Source: Naegleria gruberi
Lineage: Eukaryota
NCBI GenBank assembly: GCA_000004985.1
Contig: GG738890.1
DNA length: 64,000 bases
Direction: 5' to 3' (one strand)
The position numbers and the translations under genes are program-made. Position 1 is the first letter of the stretch; each line of letters starts with the position of its first letter. The notes below the pieces were generated by a model. It was not told the origin of the DNA. It saw only the letters and a list, made by a program, of their open reading frames with translations, and ran no database searches. This document shows positions 22,060 through 32,571 of the stretch, in pieces.

Positions 22060-23835
22060 TAGGATGGACATGATTTCATGAATTTGGAGTCGATAAATTT
22101 TACACAATTCACTTGATGGGATGCCTAGTGGTTGACCTTTGTAATATTGGATTTTCTCATCTGAAAACATTTCATCTCTTTGGTGAGCTTCATGATTAAG
22201 TAAGCATTTAGGATAGGAAGTGCATTGATACAGGAGTGTACCAACTTTGTACGTATGAATATCAAAACATTTACCACAATGACACTTTCTATATTGCACT
22301 AAATCTCTTTTCAGTCTTTTCAAAACCATAGCCTTCCCACAATAGCATTGTACCTTGTATTGGTTAGTTTTCTTGTCTAGAAATGGTTTCGTTTTGGCTA
22401 GACCATTGTTTGGCTCTGTAACTTTCAACTTCTTGGCTGGTTGGCAATAATTTTCAGAGTGCTTGCTTGCTCTACTACTAAGCACTGCACTCTCGAATGC
22501 CTCTTGTTGACTCTGACCAGAGAATAATTGAGCTACAATGTAAGTTGAATTATTCTTCAATAGTTGAGATAGTGTTGGTTTTTCAGAACAAGTGCTGTTT
22601 TTGAGGACCTTAATTAAATCAAATAATCTTGATCGATTTTTCACAGAGGGATCGTTTTGAAATGTTTCAAATTCTTGTTCGTTCATTTTAGAACAGGTAC
22701 TCCACAAACTTTCTAATTGTACAATTTCCTTTTGGAGAATATTCTTACAGTATTGATATCTAACTTCGAGTTCTTTCATTTCATATTCACATTCGTAGTA
22801 CTTGCTCAAAACTGAAATGATAAATGGCTTATCGGAATTACTCGATTTCTTATAGTCTTCAAAGTGAACAACGAACGGAATGAGGAATTTTGGAGTGGCT
22901 TGAATCCATCCTCTATATTTCATTTTATGAATGAGGAGATAGAATGGATTTTTCAATTTCAATCGCTGATTGTTGGTGTCTCTCATGATGAATCCTTCAA
23001 TTCTCAATCTTGCTTCTACATTCTCATGAGTAGAGATGAATGTATCCAAATGTTTGAGAGCTTGTTCCAGACTTGAAAAATTCTCAAAACGTTTTGGTCT
23101 CTTCCAATTCTTCAACTCGGCTCTCTTTCTCAATTTCAAGCAAATTTTATCAACTTGATCCCTGGAGAGTTCCTTTCCACTTTGTGTCTCTACAATTGTC
23201 AGTAAGTAAATGACAGGATTCTGATAGATTTGAACAATTTCATTTTGTGAGGAACACATTTCCAAACAATAGGTCAGTGATGGATCCAAATCCTTTCCAA
23301 TCTCATTCAATTCTACTCCGCCACAAATTTCCACAAATAGCTCTCTATATGTTTTCTGTGTTTCACTTCCAATTGCCAAATAATCCTCACAAAAGTTGTG
23401 TCTCGTTGCAATCATCCACTCTCCCTCATAGCAAAACATTAAAAGAAACGTTCCATCTTCCTTTGTCTCCAAACTGAAATTAGAATAATCAAACAATTTG
23501 GATTTCTCCAATGATGGCGACTGATCCTGTTCCAAAAACACCAATTCTCTATCATCATTTAGTCCTCTAATATTCGGAGAGGACGAATACGAATGGTGCT
23601 GATTAAAAAACCTGGTCATTCCTCTCGCCACAATTTTCCACGAATTTAATTCCAACACCAAGCCTCTGCATTCATTGACAATTTGTTCATCACGTGGCGA
23701 TTGAATATTGTCATAATTTAATACAATTAATGGGAAGGAAGTTTGATCGGGATGTGTTGATGAGCGAATTTTGTATTTTTCATGGAGAGTCGTGATGGAT
23801 TGACCCTTCTGTTGGAGGAATTGTTGTGTTTGCAT
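21904..23835 (-). CDS. Rnl2-family (ATP-dependent) RNA/polynucleotide ligase-like protein with Cys-rich C-terminal zinc-finger-like module
   Basis: Nucleotidyltransferase motif I is KEDG (LETKEDGTFLL). Motif IV EGFIMRD lies about 160 residues downstream and motif V LKLKN follows about 15 residues later. This spacing matches T4 Rnl2. The C-terminus has a CYCGK...CHCGKC...C cluster. The likely start is the internal Met (MQTQQF) at 23835, which has an A-rich context; the ORF itself extends to 23922. Confidence 0.55.
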   Translation of the reverse strand: MQTQQFLQQKGQSITTLHEKYKIRSSTHPDQTSFPLIVLNYDNIQSPRDEQIVNECRGLVLELNSWKIVARGMTRFFNQHHSYSSSPNIRGLNDDRELVFLEQDQSPSLEKSKLFDYSNFSLETKEDGTFLLMFCYEGEWMIATRHNFCEDYLAIGSETQKTYRELFVEICGGVELNEIGKDLDPSLTYCLEMCSSQNEIVQIYQNPVIYLLTIVETQSGKELSRDQVDKICLKLRKRAELKNWKRPKRFENFSSLEQALKHLDTFISTHENVEARLRIEGFIMRDTNNQRLKLKNPFYLLIHKMKYRGWIQATPKFLIPFVVHFEDYKKSSNSDKPFIISVLSKYYECEYEMKELEVRYQYCKNILQKEIVQLESLWSTCSKMNEQEFETFQNDPSVKNRSRLFDLIKVLKNSTCSEKPTLSQLLKNNSTYIVAQLFSGQSQQEAFESAVLSSRASKHSENYCQPAKKLKVTEPNNGLAKTKPFLDKKTNQYKVQCYCGKAMVLKRLKRDLVQYRKCHCGKCFDIHTYKVGTLLYQCTSYPKCLLNHEAHQRDEMFSDEKIQYYKGQPLGIPSSELCKIYRLQIHEIMSILMKKNNWKKSQCYQLIAEWLKVEKSQAHVALFSIETCLFVISKFIDNYNIYN

Positions 23836-24096
23836 TTTTTTTGGCTTGATTTTACAATTTCGATTTTGAACTTGTGAGATACTTAAAAGAATATTATTGT
23901 GTATTGAAAGAATAAATATCACAACATTTGCTTTAAATGATTTGTAAGTTTAACATCTCTGACAGCTTTGATGTCAATGTTCTGGTGTGAAAATCTTGAA
24001 AAAGGTCTTGCTATCAAACGAAGCAATCCTCGGCAACTTGAGAACTCATTATTTCAAAACGTTGTTGCTTGAGTCTTGTTATGGAGTTGTACGAAA

Positions 24097-25548
24097 CTAA
24101 TTATTGGTATCACTAATGTTATTAGATTCTTGTGCATTTTGTTGAGAAAGATAAACTCGAGTTGAATGTAAATGATCAAATAGGGAGGTATGAGTGAATT
24201 CCTCTGAAATCCATTCAGGAATTGCAGTTTCAAAAGTCCACTTGTCTGATAATTCGTAACGCCATGAATGTAGATGGATACTCAGTGGTACAGTGTCATC
24301 TTCCTCAATGTTTTTAGAGGTATATTCTGCATTACAGGAAATGCAAACAGTTTCAAATGGCTGTAAGAAGGTTTCCTCTTCAGGTCGAATGTTTGTATGT
24401 GAACGTTTGAAAGGACCTGGTTTTGGCTTTTTTGATTTGGGAGCATTCTTTTCAGAGGTCTCCTTTCTCTTGTGAGGATTTTCTTCTGTTGGTATGGAGG
24501 TATCTGTTGATGATTCACTATTTTCCAAGGAAATATCAGATGTTGATTCGAGTTGGTGATTGGAAAAGTCGACTCTCCAACTTTCTTCCAAAGTCTTTTT
24601 TTGCACTTCCAATTCCTTAATGAATTGTTCGTTATAGAAAAAATCATTAATGATAGGATTTCCAATAGATTCCAAATGAATTCTAATCTGATGTGTTCTT
24701 CCAGTGATTGGTTTACACATTATGAGTGAAATATCCTTTTCCTTATTGTAGACAATACCAGAAAAGAGAGTAATTGCCTCAAACGTTCCCAATTCATCAT
24801 CTGCTGACCAAGTTCCATTCTTGTGATTTTTGCAATATACCTTCTTTTCACATTTCACAAAACTGTTATTTAAATCCTTCACCAATCCACTCACTTCATA
24901 TTCTCCTTTCCACTTTCCTTTCACAACAGCCAAATAATATTTTCCAATTGCCTTTTCTCTTGTCTTGATCATTTCCACAATTTCTCCCGAAACCTTCTTA
25001 TTCTTTGCCAAAACAAGAACTCCCGATGTACTATGATCCAATCGATGAACAACATGAAGTGTTCCATATCCATTCTCCTCCAAAATATAAGTCAATGAAT
25101 TCTTTCGATATCTTCCACAGGGATGAATAGGAAAACTAGCTGGTTTATCGACAACTAATAAATCTGACTCATCATATAAAATTGGAATATTCCTATCAAA
25201 TATTGGTTTCTCATGAAAATGTACTCGATGAGCAATTGTCTTGCTTTTATCCCACTTTTCCTCTAAATTATTTAAATTTTCGTTATTAATTTTAAATCGA
25301 CCTAATTCGAAGGCTTTCATCAGATATTGTTCGGAAAAGTAGGGAAATTCCGCTCTATAGACATCAAGTACCTTCTTATCAACCCATCTATCTCGACATC
25401 CTGTTTGAAAGTCGAGAAAATAGGGAATTGCATGACGAAGTCCATTCCGAACAAGATATTGTTTGCCTCTTGCTAATTCAATGGTTTTCTTGACGAGGAG
25501 ATTTGAAGATGATGACACTGTTGGAATTGTTAGAGGCATCTCACTCAT
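24097..25548 (-). CDS. RluA-family RNA pseudouridine synthase (RPUSD-like)
   Basis: S4-like N-terminus and the RluA catalytic motif HRLDHSTSGVLVLAKN. The C-terminal tail is acidic and S-rich. Confidence 0.75.
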   Translation of the reverse strand: MSEMPLTIPTVSSSSNLLVKKTIELARGKQYLVRNGLRHAIPYFLDFQTGCRDRWVDKKVLDVYRAEFPYFSEQYLMKAFELGRFKINNENLNNLEEKWDKSKTIAHRVHFHEKPIFDRNIPILYDESDLLVVDKPASFPIHPCGRYRKNSLTYILEENGYGTLHVVHRLDHSTSGVLVLAKNKKVSGEIVEMIKTREKAIGKYYLAVVKGKWKGEYEVSGLVKDLNNSFVKCEKKVYCKNHKNGTWSADDELGTFEAITLFSGIVYNKEKDISLIMCKPITGRTHQIRIHLESIGNPIINDFFYNEQFIKELEVQKKTLEESWRVDFSNHQLESTSDISLENSESSTDTSIPTEENPHKRKETSEKNAPKSKKPKPGPFKRSHTNIRPEEETFLQPFETVCISCNAEYTSKNIEEDDTVPLSIHLHSWRYELSDKWTFETAIPEWISEEFTHTSLFDHLHSTRVYLSQQNAQESNNISDTNN

Positions 25549-25611
25549 TTTTTTTATTAATTATATATTTATTAAATTATATATTTATAAAATATTTATT
25601 TAATTATTAAA

Positions 25612-28600
25612 TTAGAAATATTTATCGCCATTACAACTTGATTGATGGTTGTAAATTGGACCACTTGAAGTTGCACTATATCCACAAAGCCAACAAAAAT
25701 GATTTGGGCAAGCTCTACAGGTCATATGGTTACATCCCTCATTCTTTTCAATAGGTGTGTGGCATTGTGGACAACTCTTGGTATGTCTCCTCTTGTATTC
25801 TTCAAAAAGTTTCTCACAATCAACACAAGGTCCTTGGTGTGCATTTTTGTGACATTTCAAACAATAGTCCTTATCACAAACGATGCAATAGTATGATTGA
25901 ACTCCTGTTACTCTCGATAGATTTTGACAAGTATTACAGTATGTCCATTTAGTCTTATTAGATGTAATGTACTTCTCAAGGAGAATGTTACATGGTTGAG
26001 TGAGTTTCTTGGCATCATTATCAAAGGAGCATACGATATCCATAAAAGGTAATGGTTGTTGGCAGTAATTACAGCAAAGAAGACCTGATTCAATGTTGAA
26101 ACCATCTACTTGGAGAGCTAGACATGCTTGACAACATGTGTGTCCACAAAATGTAAGGTTGTTTGGGTTAATATCATTACAACAAATATCGCATTCATTT
26201 GTTGAAGAAGCGCCACTATGGGTTGATTCAATTTCTTCAACTTTCTTCTTTACAGTTTCAAAATCAGCCTCTGAAGAATCAACCTCTAATGTTCTTTTCT
26301 TAAGGTTCAAATGTATACTCCCCTTAATACACTTTTTAATGTCATCATAAGAAGATCCTCCATTTCCTACAATTGCTTTCATGTTTCTTAATTTGATTTC
26401 TCTAATTTTACTGGCTTGAATAGTGCCAGATATTTCCTTTGCAACAAAATCCCTTTGAGGTCCAAATACTTTGATAGATGATGATCGAGAATCAAAAGCA
26501 AGTAAAATCTCAGGATACCTTTTTGTTGTATCCTCCTTGATTTTGGGGAATCTTCTTTGAACGTTAGCTTTCAAGGAGAATGCTATTTTGATTATTGTGT
26601 GTGAGATTATCTCATTAACTTTCTTTTTGGCCTTTTCAAACTCTGACAAATTTGAAACTGCTTCAAACTTGATTTTTCCACTGTTACCAGTTTCAGTCAT
26701 TTTCTTATTGGGTTCTTGAATGATCTCATTGAAAGACACTTTGATTTGGTGCTCATAGTATATGCTTTCAAAAACAGCACTCAACACATTTTTCTTGTTA
26801 AGACTTTCAAAAACATTTTTTGGAATAGTAATTGAATCGGTCTTATAATATAATTGTAAACTTCCATTTCCAAAAGTAGTCCCTTGTAATGTTGCAATGG
26901 CTGTGTCAGCACTCCTCTTGTTATTATACTTAACTAGAGCTTTGATGAATTTCTTACTTTCCTTTTCAGCTAATGGCAACAATTCCATAACTTCTAATCC
27001 TGGAAATTGTGTAAATAAAGAGTGCAGTTGTGTAGTAATCATTTCTAAGTCAATCAGATTGTTACACTCATCTCGGTGGAAAAAAATTTGTGTGTAAGGA
27101 AGTTTGTTTTTAAAAAGAACACCTGCTAAATGTGACTCTGTGAAATCGGTAGAAAGTTGATCAAAAGCGAGTTTGTTTTGTTTGATTTGAACTTTCCCAA
27201 GTGAACCATTCAAAACTTGATTTGCCTCTATAGCAGATTGGTTGTTAGGAAATTCAACCACTGCTTTTCCTTTGCAAGGAGTAAGGTAATATTTAAGTTG
27301 AATAAAGGGAACATTTTCATCTATTTGCAGCTGTGTATTTTCACTGAGACTAGATGGGAAAAGTTGAATAAAAGTTTCATTCTTCAACTCGGAATAAACT
27401 CTTTCTGCAACTATGCTGTCTTCAAAGGTAACATAGCCCTCCAATTTCTGTGCGCTTGTATTGTTTGGATATGTCACAAACTCCCATACTGGTCCATATT
27501 TCACAAATAGTTGCTCAATATCACAGGCACTCTTCTGCTCAATAGCTATTTTAAAGTTAATTCTTACAAACTCCTTGGAGGTTAGGATTTTTACAACATT
27601 TAGACCAGAACCAACCAAGACTCTGATATTCTTTTGATCATTAGGAACATATTCGTATAATTGTTTGGAAATTCTTTCCTCAATCTGTTTGCAGAATTTT
27701 TCAATTTTTGGTTTGTTTTCTTGCTCTTCATTTTCAGATAATTCCATTCTCAACTCATTCATTTCTTCATCGACTTCGACCAACACGCCAAGTTCTTTCT
27801 CTAATTGTTCTAAAAGCTCTCCACCTCTTGCTTTCAAAAGAGGAAGAGCAGATTTAGGAATTTTCTTGTTATAAGGTTTTTTGACAAATTGTTTGATACG
27901 ACTATAGTTAAAAGATTGGTTATACTTTTGTATAATATTAATATCTACAGGGGTGACGTTTTTCATGTAGAGCTTTTCAGTTCTCATAAGTTCATAGAAG
28001 AGAACATATGAAGGAGGTTTTTCTTCTGAAAATAATACAGATGATGGATGGAGACAAGCTTCTAAATTCAATTCCAATAACTTATAGATGAAATTTCCAT
28101 TACTACTCTTTCCTATATAGTACGCAAAGTTAGAGAATAAACCACAAATAATAGAATCCAAAATTACTTTCTTTTTGAGTTCCTCAGAAGTGTTCTTATC
28201 ATTGATACTTTCAGAGTTAAGGGATTTAATACTCTTCTCAAGATCTTTCAAGGTTGCGAAGGCCATATTGAATGCAGAATAATTCAAATGATTGTCCTTA
28301 CAAAATTGTGATCTTTCTTTAGATTTTTTCTTCAAAAATTGTTCAAATAGCAAATAGAGAGAATATAAATCTCCTTCCTGTTGAGAGGAAGAAAGCTTGC
28401 TAATCGAAATATCATCCTTGTCTTTTCCATCCTTAGATCTTTGGAAAACAATGTTAGATACAGTTGTAATAGCAGCAACTTTTAAAATATCAGATGAAAT
28501 TCCATTTTCAATTCCTTCAATAATCATCTTGGAAACAGATGGTTCCATATAGAGTTGAGATGCAATTTGACCTGATTTGGTAATACGCAAAAGGTTAGCA

Positions 28601-30852
28601 CCAGTAATCTCTACAAACCCAAGACTTATCAGTTTAGCTAATTGAAACGTCAAATCTTTAGGAGACGGTTTTTCAATCAGGTCATAGGCTTTCAATGAAT
28701 CAATAGAAATAGGTTTAGAGGAATCCTGATGGAGAATTATTTGAAGCAAAACAGAGCCGAGATGAGATCTAAATATTTCTGCAGGTTGTGAGATACTGAA
28801 TTGCTCAAAGTCTGATAATGAATAAAGGTTATAACATTCACCAGGTTGGGTTCTACCAGCTCTACCCCTTCTTTGCTTTGATGAAGATTGACTAATGTAG
28901 TTTACCTTAAGAAGGGAAATGTTTCTGTTTTGGTCAAAAGTTCTTTCTTTTACACGTCCGCTATCAATTATTGTGGTAATACCATTAATTGTAACTGATG
29001 TTTCAGCAATGTTGCTAGAGAAAATAACCTTTGTCTTGCCTTTGATTGGATTCAAAGCTCTTTGTTGGCTTTCAACAGGAAGCTTTCCGTGGAGTGGAAG
29101 AATTTCAATTTGTTCTTTGAATGACGTCTTGTTTTTAAGCATTGATTTTAATTTGTGACAAGCAGAATCAATTTCTTCAGGATTAGTCAAGAATACCAAT
29201 ATATCACCGGACAACTTATTTCCTGCTTTGGATCTAGATGAGAGAACAGAAACAACCTTTTTTACGCTTTGTTCAACATATTTGTCTTCTGATTTCTCCC
29301 AATGAACCTCAACTGGATACAATTGGCCAGGCACTCTAATAATTGGACAATCATTAAAATATTTGGAGAATAAATTTTCATCAATAGTGGCAGAGGTAAT
29401 AATAATTTTCAATGGGTCTCCAGTTCCTTTTCTTTCCTTGTACAGTTTCTTTAGTTCACAAAGAAGAATGTCTGTAAAAACAGTTCTTTCATGTGCCTCG
29501 TCAATTATTACACAACTATAATTTTTCATCTTCTTTTTCAATAATTCATGAAGGAGAGCTCTGTCAGTCATGAACATGAGTTTGTTTTTTCTCCAATCTT
29601 CAGGTGTCAACCTCTTGTCAACAGATCTAATTAGTGGACTATCAGTGCATAACATTTCCTCACTAATTCTTTTAGCTAATGATTGAGCCGCAATCTTTCT
29701 TGGTTGGGTACAAACAATTTTCTTTTTGAATATACCAGATTCTAATAAATACTGAGGTATTTGTGTAGACTTTCCGCTTCCTGTATGACCAACGATCAAA
29801 ACAACATCGTTACTTGAAATTTCATCAATAATCTTTTGTCTAAATGCATAAAAAGGAAATAGATTTGTTGCTCTTTTCAATTCCCTTTCAATGGCCTTAA
29901 TTTTGATTTCTAACTTTACCTTTGATTCCAAAATTCTCTTAGTTTGGATTTCAAAGGTGGCCTGTTGCTCTAACAGTAGGGTTTCTTCAGATTTTATGGC
30001 AAGTTTGTTTTCTATGTACTTTTCATAGTCAGATTCTAACAGCTTGACATTTTCCCTGTTCTTACGTTGAATATCTTTAAGTCGTATTCCAAACTGGCTC
30101 TTCATCTTGGAAGTTTCAAAGTACGCTTCATCCACCTCTTTGATTTTGGATTTGTTAGAAGAGTAGGTATCCAAAATAAATGAACCAAATGGATCAGGGA
30201 GAAGCTGCTCTTCGAATGAATAATCATTGTCTAAGAATTCTAAACCGTTTGATACAACACTACTAGAATCACTGATGACTGACATTGTTTCATCAGTAGA
30301 GCTGTCATCATCACTGTCAGATTCAACCAAAGTTTTCCTTTCTTTCATCTTGCTTTGTTGTCTCTTATTGAAAGTGCTAGCATTCGACAATGATGAGTGA
30401 TCAAAAGTACAGCAAATTTTGAAGCATTCTGCTCCATGCTGGCACTTTTTTCTGTTATTGTGTTCGTACAAGCATTCACGGTTAGCACATTCATCTCCCT
30501 TTTCACAAGTAATTGGTACAAGTTTAGGTAATCTTTCATCTCCCTTTGACTTGTTAACAGTGGAAGGAGGATTAGCTCCAAGACCATTCTTGTGGTTTTT
30601 GTTCTTGTTGTCTCCTTGTTTTTGGCTCTTTGCTACTCCACTTGCTACATTATTCTTGATGGAAACAGCCGAGCTGAGAGTGTTGCCTGCTGGAGGGGTG
30701 ATTGTAGAATTGTTAGCTGTGTGATCTAATGTACATTTAATATTCTTACAGCTAGAACCAAATCTACATTTCATTCTAGAGTTATGACGAAAAGTACACT
30801 CAATGTTTTTACACTTGTCATCAAATTTGCAAAGGGGAATGTGTGGTAACAT
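25612..30852 (-). CDS. large multidomain protein: N-terminal CCCH zinc fingers, DEAH-box RNA helicase core, C-terminal RBR (RING1-IBR-RING2) E3 ubiquitin-ligase module
   Basis: CCCH fingers are present (CKFDDKCKNIECTFRH; CRFGSSCKNIKCTLDH). The DEAH helicase motifs are GHTGSGKSTQIPQYLL, IIDEAHERTV, SATID, and HA2/OB-like sequence. The C-terminus has CDICCND...CGHTCCQAC (RING1), an IBR, and CNHMTCRAC...CWLCG (RING2). Confidence 0.8.
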   Translation of the reverse strand: MLPHIPLCKFDDKCKNIECTFRHNSRMKCRFGSSCKNIKCTLDHTANNSTITPPAGNTLSSAVSIKNNVASGVAKSQKQGDNKNKNHKNGLGANPPSTVNKSKGDERLPKLVPITCEKGDECANRECLYEHNNRKKCQHGAECFKICCTFDHSSLSNASTFNKRQQSKMKERKTLVESDSDDDSSTDETMSVISDSSSVVSNGLEFLDNDYSFEEQLLPDPFGSFILDTYSSNKSKIKEVDEAYFETSKMKSQFGIRLKDIQRKNRENVKLLESDYEKYIENKLAIKSEETLLLEQQATFEIQTKRILESKVKLEIKIKAIERELKRATNLFPFYAFRQKIIDEISSNDVVLIVGHTGSGKSTQIPQYLLESGIFKKKIVCTQPRKIAAQSLAKRISEEMLCTDSPLIRSVDKRLTPEDWRKNKLMFMTDRALLHELLKKKMKNYSCVIIDEAHERTVFTDILLCELKKLYKERKGTGDPLKIIITSATIDENLFSKYFNDCPIIRVPGQLYPVEVHWEKSEDKYVEQSVKKVVSVLSSRSKAGNKLSGDILVFLTNPEEIDSACHKLKSMLKNKTSFKEQIEILPLHGKLPVESQQRALNPIKGKTKVIFSSNIAETSVTINGITTIIDSGRVKERTFDQNRNISLLKVNYISQSSSKQRRGRAGRTQPGECYNLYSLSDFEQFSISQPAEIFRSHLGSVLLQIILHQDSSKPISIDSLKAYDLIEKPSPKDLTFQLAKLISLGFVEITGANLLRITKSGQIASQLYMEPSVSKMIIEGIENGISSDILKVAAITTVSNIVFQRSKDGKDKDDISISKLSSSQQEGDLYSLYLLFEQFLKKKSKERSQFCKDNHLNYSAFNMAFATLKDLEKSIKSLNSESINDKNTSEELKKKVILDSIICGLFSNFAYYIGKSSNGNFIYKLLELNLEACLHPSSVLFSEEKPPSYVLFYELMRTEKLYMKNVTPVDINIIQKYNQSFNYSRIKQFVKKPYNKKIPKSALPLLKARGGELLEQLEKELGVLVEVDEEMNELRMELSENEEQENKPKIEKFCKQIEERISKQLYEYVPNDQKNIRVLVGSGLNVVKILTSKEFVRINFKIAIEQKSACDIEQLFVKYGPVWEFVTYPNNTSAQKLEGYVTFEDSIVAERVYSELKNETFIQLFPSSLSENTQLQIDENVPFIQLKYYLTPCKGKAVVEFPNNQSAIEANQVLNGSLGKVQIKQNKLAFDQLSTDFTESHLAGVLFKNKLPYTQIFFHRDECNNLIDLEMITTQLHSLFTQFPGLEVMELLPLAEKESKKFIKALVKYNNKRSADTAIATLQGTTFGNGSLQLYYKTDSITIPKNVFESLNKKNVLSAVFESIYYEHQIKVSFNEIIQEPNKKMTETGNSGKIKFEAVSNLSEFEKAKKKVNEIISHTIIKIAFSLKANVQRRFPKIKEDTTKRYPEILLAFDSRSSSIKVFGPQRDFVAKEISGTIQASKIREIKLRNMKAIVGNGGSSYDDIKKCIKGSIHLNLKKRTLEVDSSEADFETVKKKVEEIESTHSGASSTNECDICCNDINPNNLTFCGHTCCQACLALQVDGFNIESGLLCCNYCQQPLPFMDIVCSFDNDAKKLTQPCNILLEKYITSNKTKWTYCNTCQNLSRVTGVQSYYCIVCDKDYCLKCHKNAHQGPCVDCEKLFEEYKRRHTKSCPQCHTPIEKNEGCNHMTCRACPNHFCWLCGYSATSSGPIYNHQSSCNGDKYF

Positions 30853-31094
30853 TTCTTCAACCGTTTTTTTAGTTTTGAATTACCATCAACTTCATGTCAT
30901 GCCAACCGAGTCACATTCATGAATTCCCAAGGTCGTACAAGTCAAAATGGCTAAGAAATCTGGCATCACCCCAAAATTAATAATTATTATTTTAGTTTGG
31001 TACCAAATTACAACATTATACAAATGACAACTCTCATTGACAGTTAGGAAATGACTCTCTTAACAAGTTAGCCAAAGTCAAGGCATCTTCGAAC

Positions 31095-32195
31095 CTATTG
31101 TAAAGAACAATTCTTTTTTTTTGAGGCAAAAGTGTGAAATCTGAAAGCCATGGCAGATCTGTACATTTCATCAAAGACTGATTTGAGCCCCTGTTGTGTT
31201 AAGCTTGAACAGTAACCTATTTGTACGAGATGTGGAAAGTTATGAAATTTTCTTTCCAGAGTAAGTTGTCCTGCTAGTGAGTAGGCATCCAAATCCTTTC
31301 CTGTTATTATAATGTGAATTGGAATAAGGGGAAAATTCATGACAAGTTTTCTCAAATTCTGAAGAATATGTTTCTCAAATAATTGTTCATCATCCACAAG
31401 ATTATTCAGTTCTGTACATTTACAAGTAAAAGCCACAACATCAAAAGGCTGTTTGATAACTTCTTGAACAATCTTCTCATTTGACAAGGACATAGACTGC
31501 ATTGTGCACATTATCACACATCCATCAATCATAATATTTGCTTCAAACAATGACGCCTTTTCTATCATACCATCTTCTGGGAAGTAATTAGTACAATAAG
31601 AACAGAGTAAACTGGATTTTCCACTTTTAGGAAGCCCTATAATTCCAATATTCAGCCGTAAAGGGGTTGATGTTAAACTACTTGCTCGTTCCATGACAAC
31701 AGAAGGTGATTTACCAACATCATATTTTGGTAGAGAACTTTCTAATAATTCTCTTTCAAAATTAATCATTTCTCTAAAGATGTGAAATAATGTCTTGACA
31801 GATTTTAATCTCAACCCTAACAATTCTAATTGGTAAATAATAAAAGTCTTATTCTCTTTCAAACTGTTCTCTTTCAATTCTTCAAATTTTGGTAAATTCC
31901 TATATAATTGCAATAACTTTCTATATTGATTTACATCTACAATCCAATTAGATTTTGATCCTTCTTCTACAATCATTCCTTCAATACAATTTACTACTCT
32001 CCTATAAATTTCCATTCTGCTCTTTATCAATTCCATTCCGAAGCGATTTAACAGTTCATCAACTTGTTCTTCATCTCTAGAAACTGAGAGAAAATACAGT
32101 AAATAATACCGATCAGCAGAGCCGAGAAATTTAATCATCTCATTGAAACAATCATGTTGCTCTGAATACAACCGAGCAAGATGACAACTTGACAT
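31095..32195 (-). CDS. atypical Rho/Rac-like small GTPase domain protein with ~170-aa N-terminal extension; switch II DTAGQ motif not conserved
   Basis: P-loop GLPKSGKSSLL. The G4-like motif is ITGKDLD. The G5 region YCSSLTQQGLKSVFDEMYRSA closely resembles Rac [21 protein letters not shown]. Where the DTAGQ motif is expected the sequence reads CTMQS. The start is taken as MSSCHLA at 32195; the ORF extends to 32276. Confidence 0.5.
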   Translation of the reverse strand: MSSCHLARLYSEQHDCFNEMIKFLGSADRYYLLYFLSVSRDEEQVDELLNRFGMELIKSRMEIYRRVVNCIEGMIVEEGSKSNWIVDVNQYRKLLQLYRNLPKFEELKENSLKENKTFIIYQLELLGLRLKSVKTLFHIFREMINFERELLESSLPKYDVGKSPSVVMERASSLTSTPLRLNIGIIGLPKSGKSSLLCSYCTNYFPEDGMIEKASLFEANIMIDGCVIMCTMQSMSLSNEKIVQEVIKQPFDVVAFTCKCTELNNLVDDEQLFEKHILQNLRKLVMNFPLIPIHIIITGKDLDAYSLAGQLTLERKFHNFPHLVQIGYCSSLTQQGLKSVFDEMYRSAMAFRFHTFASKKKNCSLQ

Positions 32196-32571
32196 TTTTT
32201 TAAAAGGCTGCAATTTTTGAAAAAAAATAATATTAATAAATTCAAATGATATTCTTAATGAGATCTTGCTTATCAAAGAAAGATCTGAAATTTAATAGTC
32301 TATTAGCACATTGAATGAGTGATGTGTTCTTTACAAAAATTCAATAAATAAGGTCAATGGCGTTCCACCCCCATAAAAGGATCTTCGTGCCTCCACTTTC
32401 CTTTATAAAAATCTGCTATCTCTGTGGTGCCCTTAATAGCCGCATCAAAACTGCAGAGTTTTTGATGAAAAGTAAAAAAAAACGAAAACTTCCCTCCACT
32501 TCTGTTTCTCTGAGGTTTTATTTAACTGTAAATTAGTGTAAAATTTGTTAGTAGGTAGAGAACACAATCAT

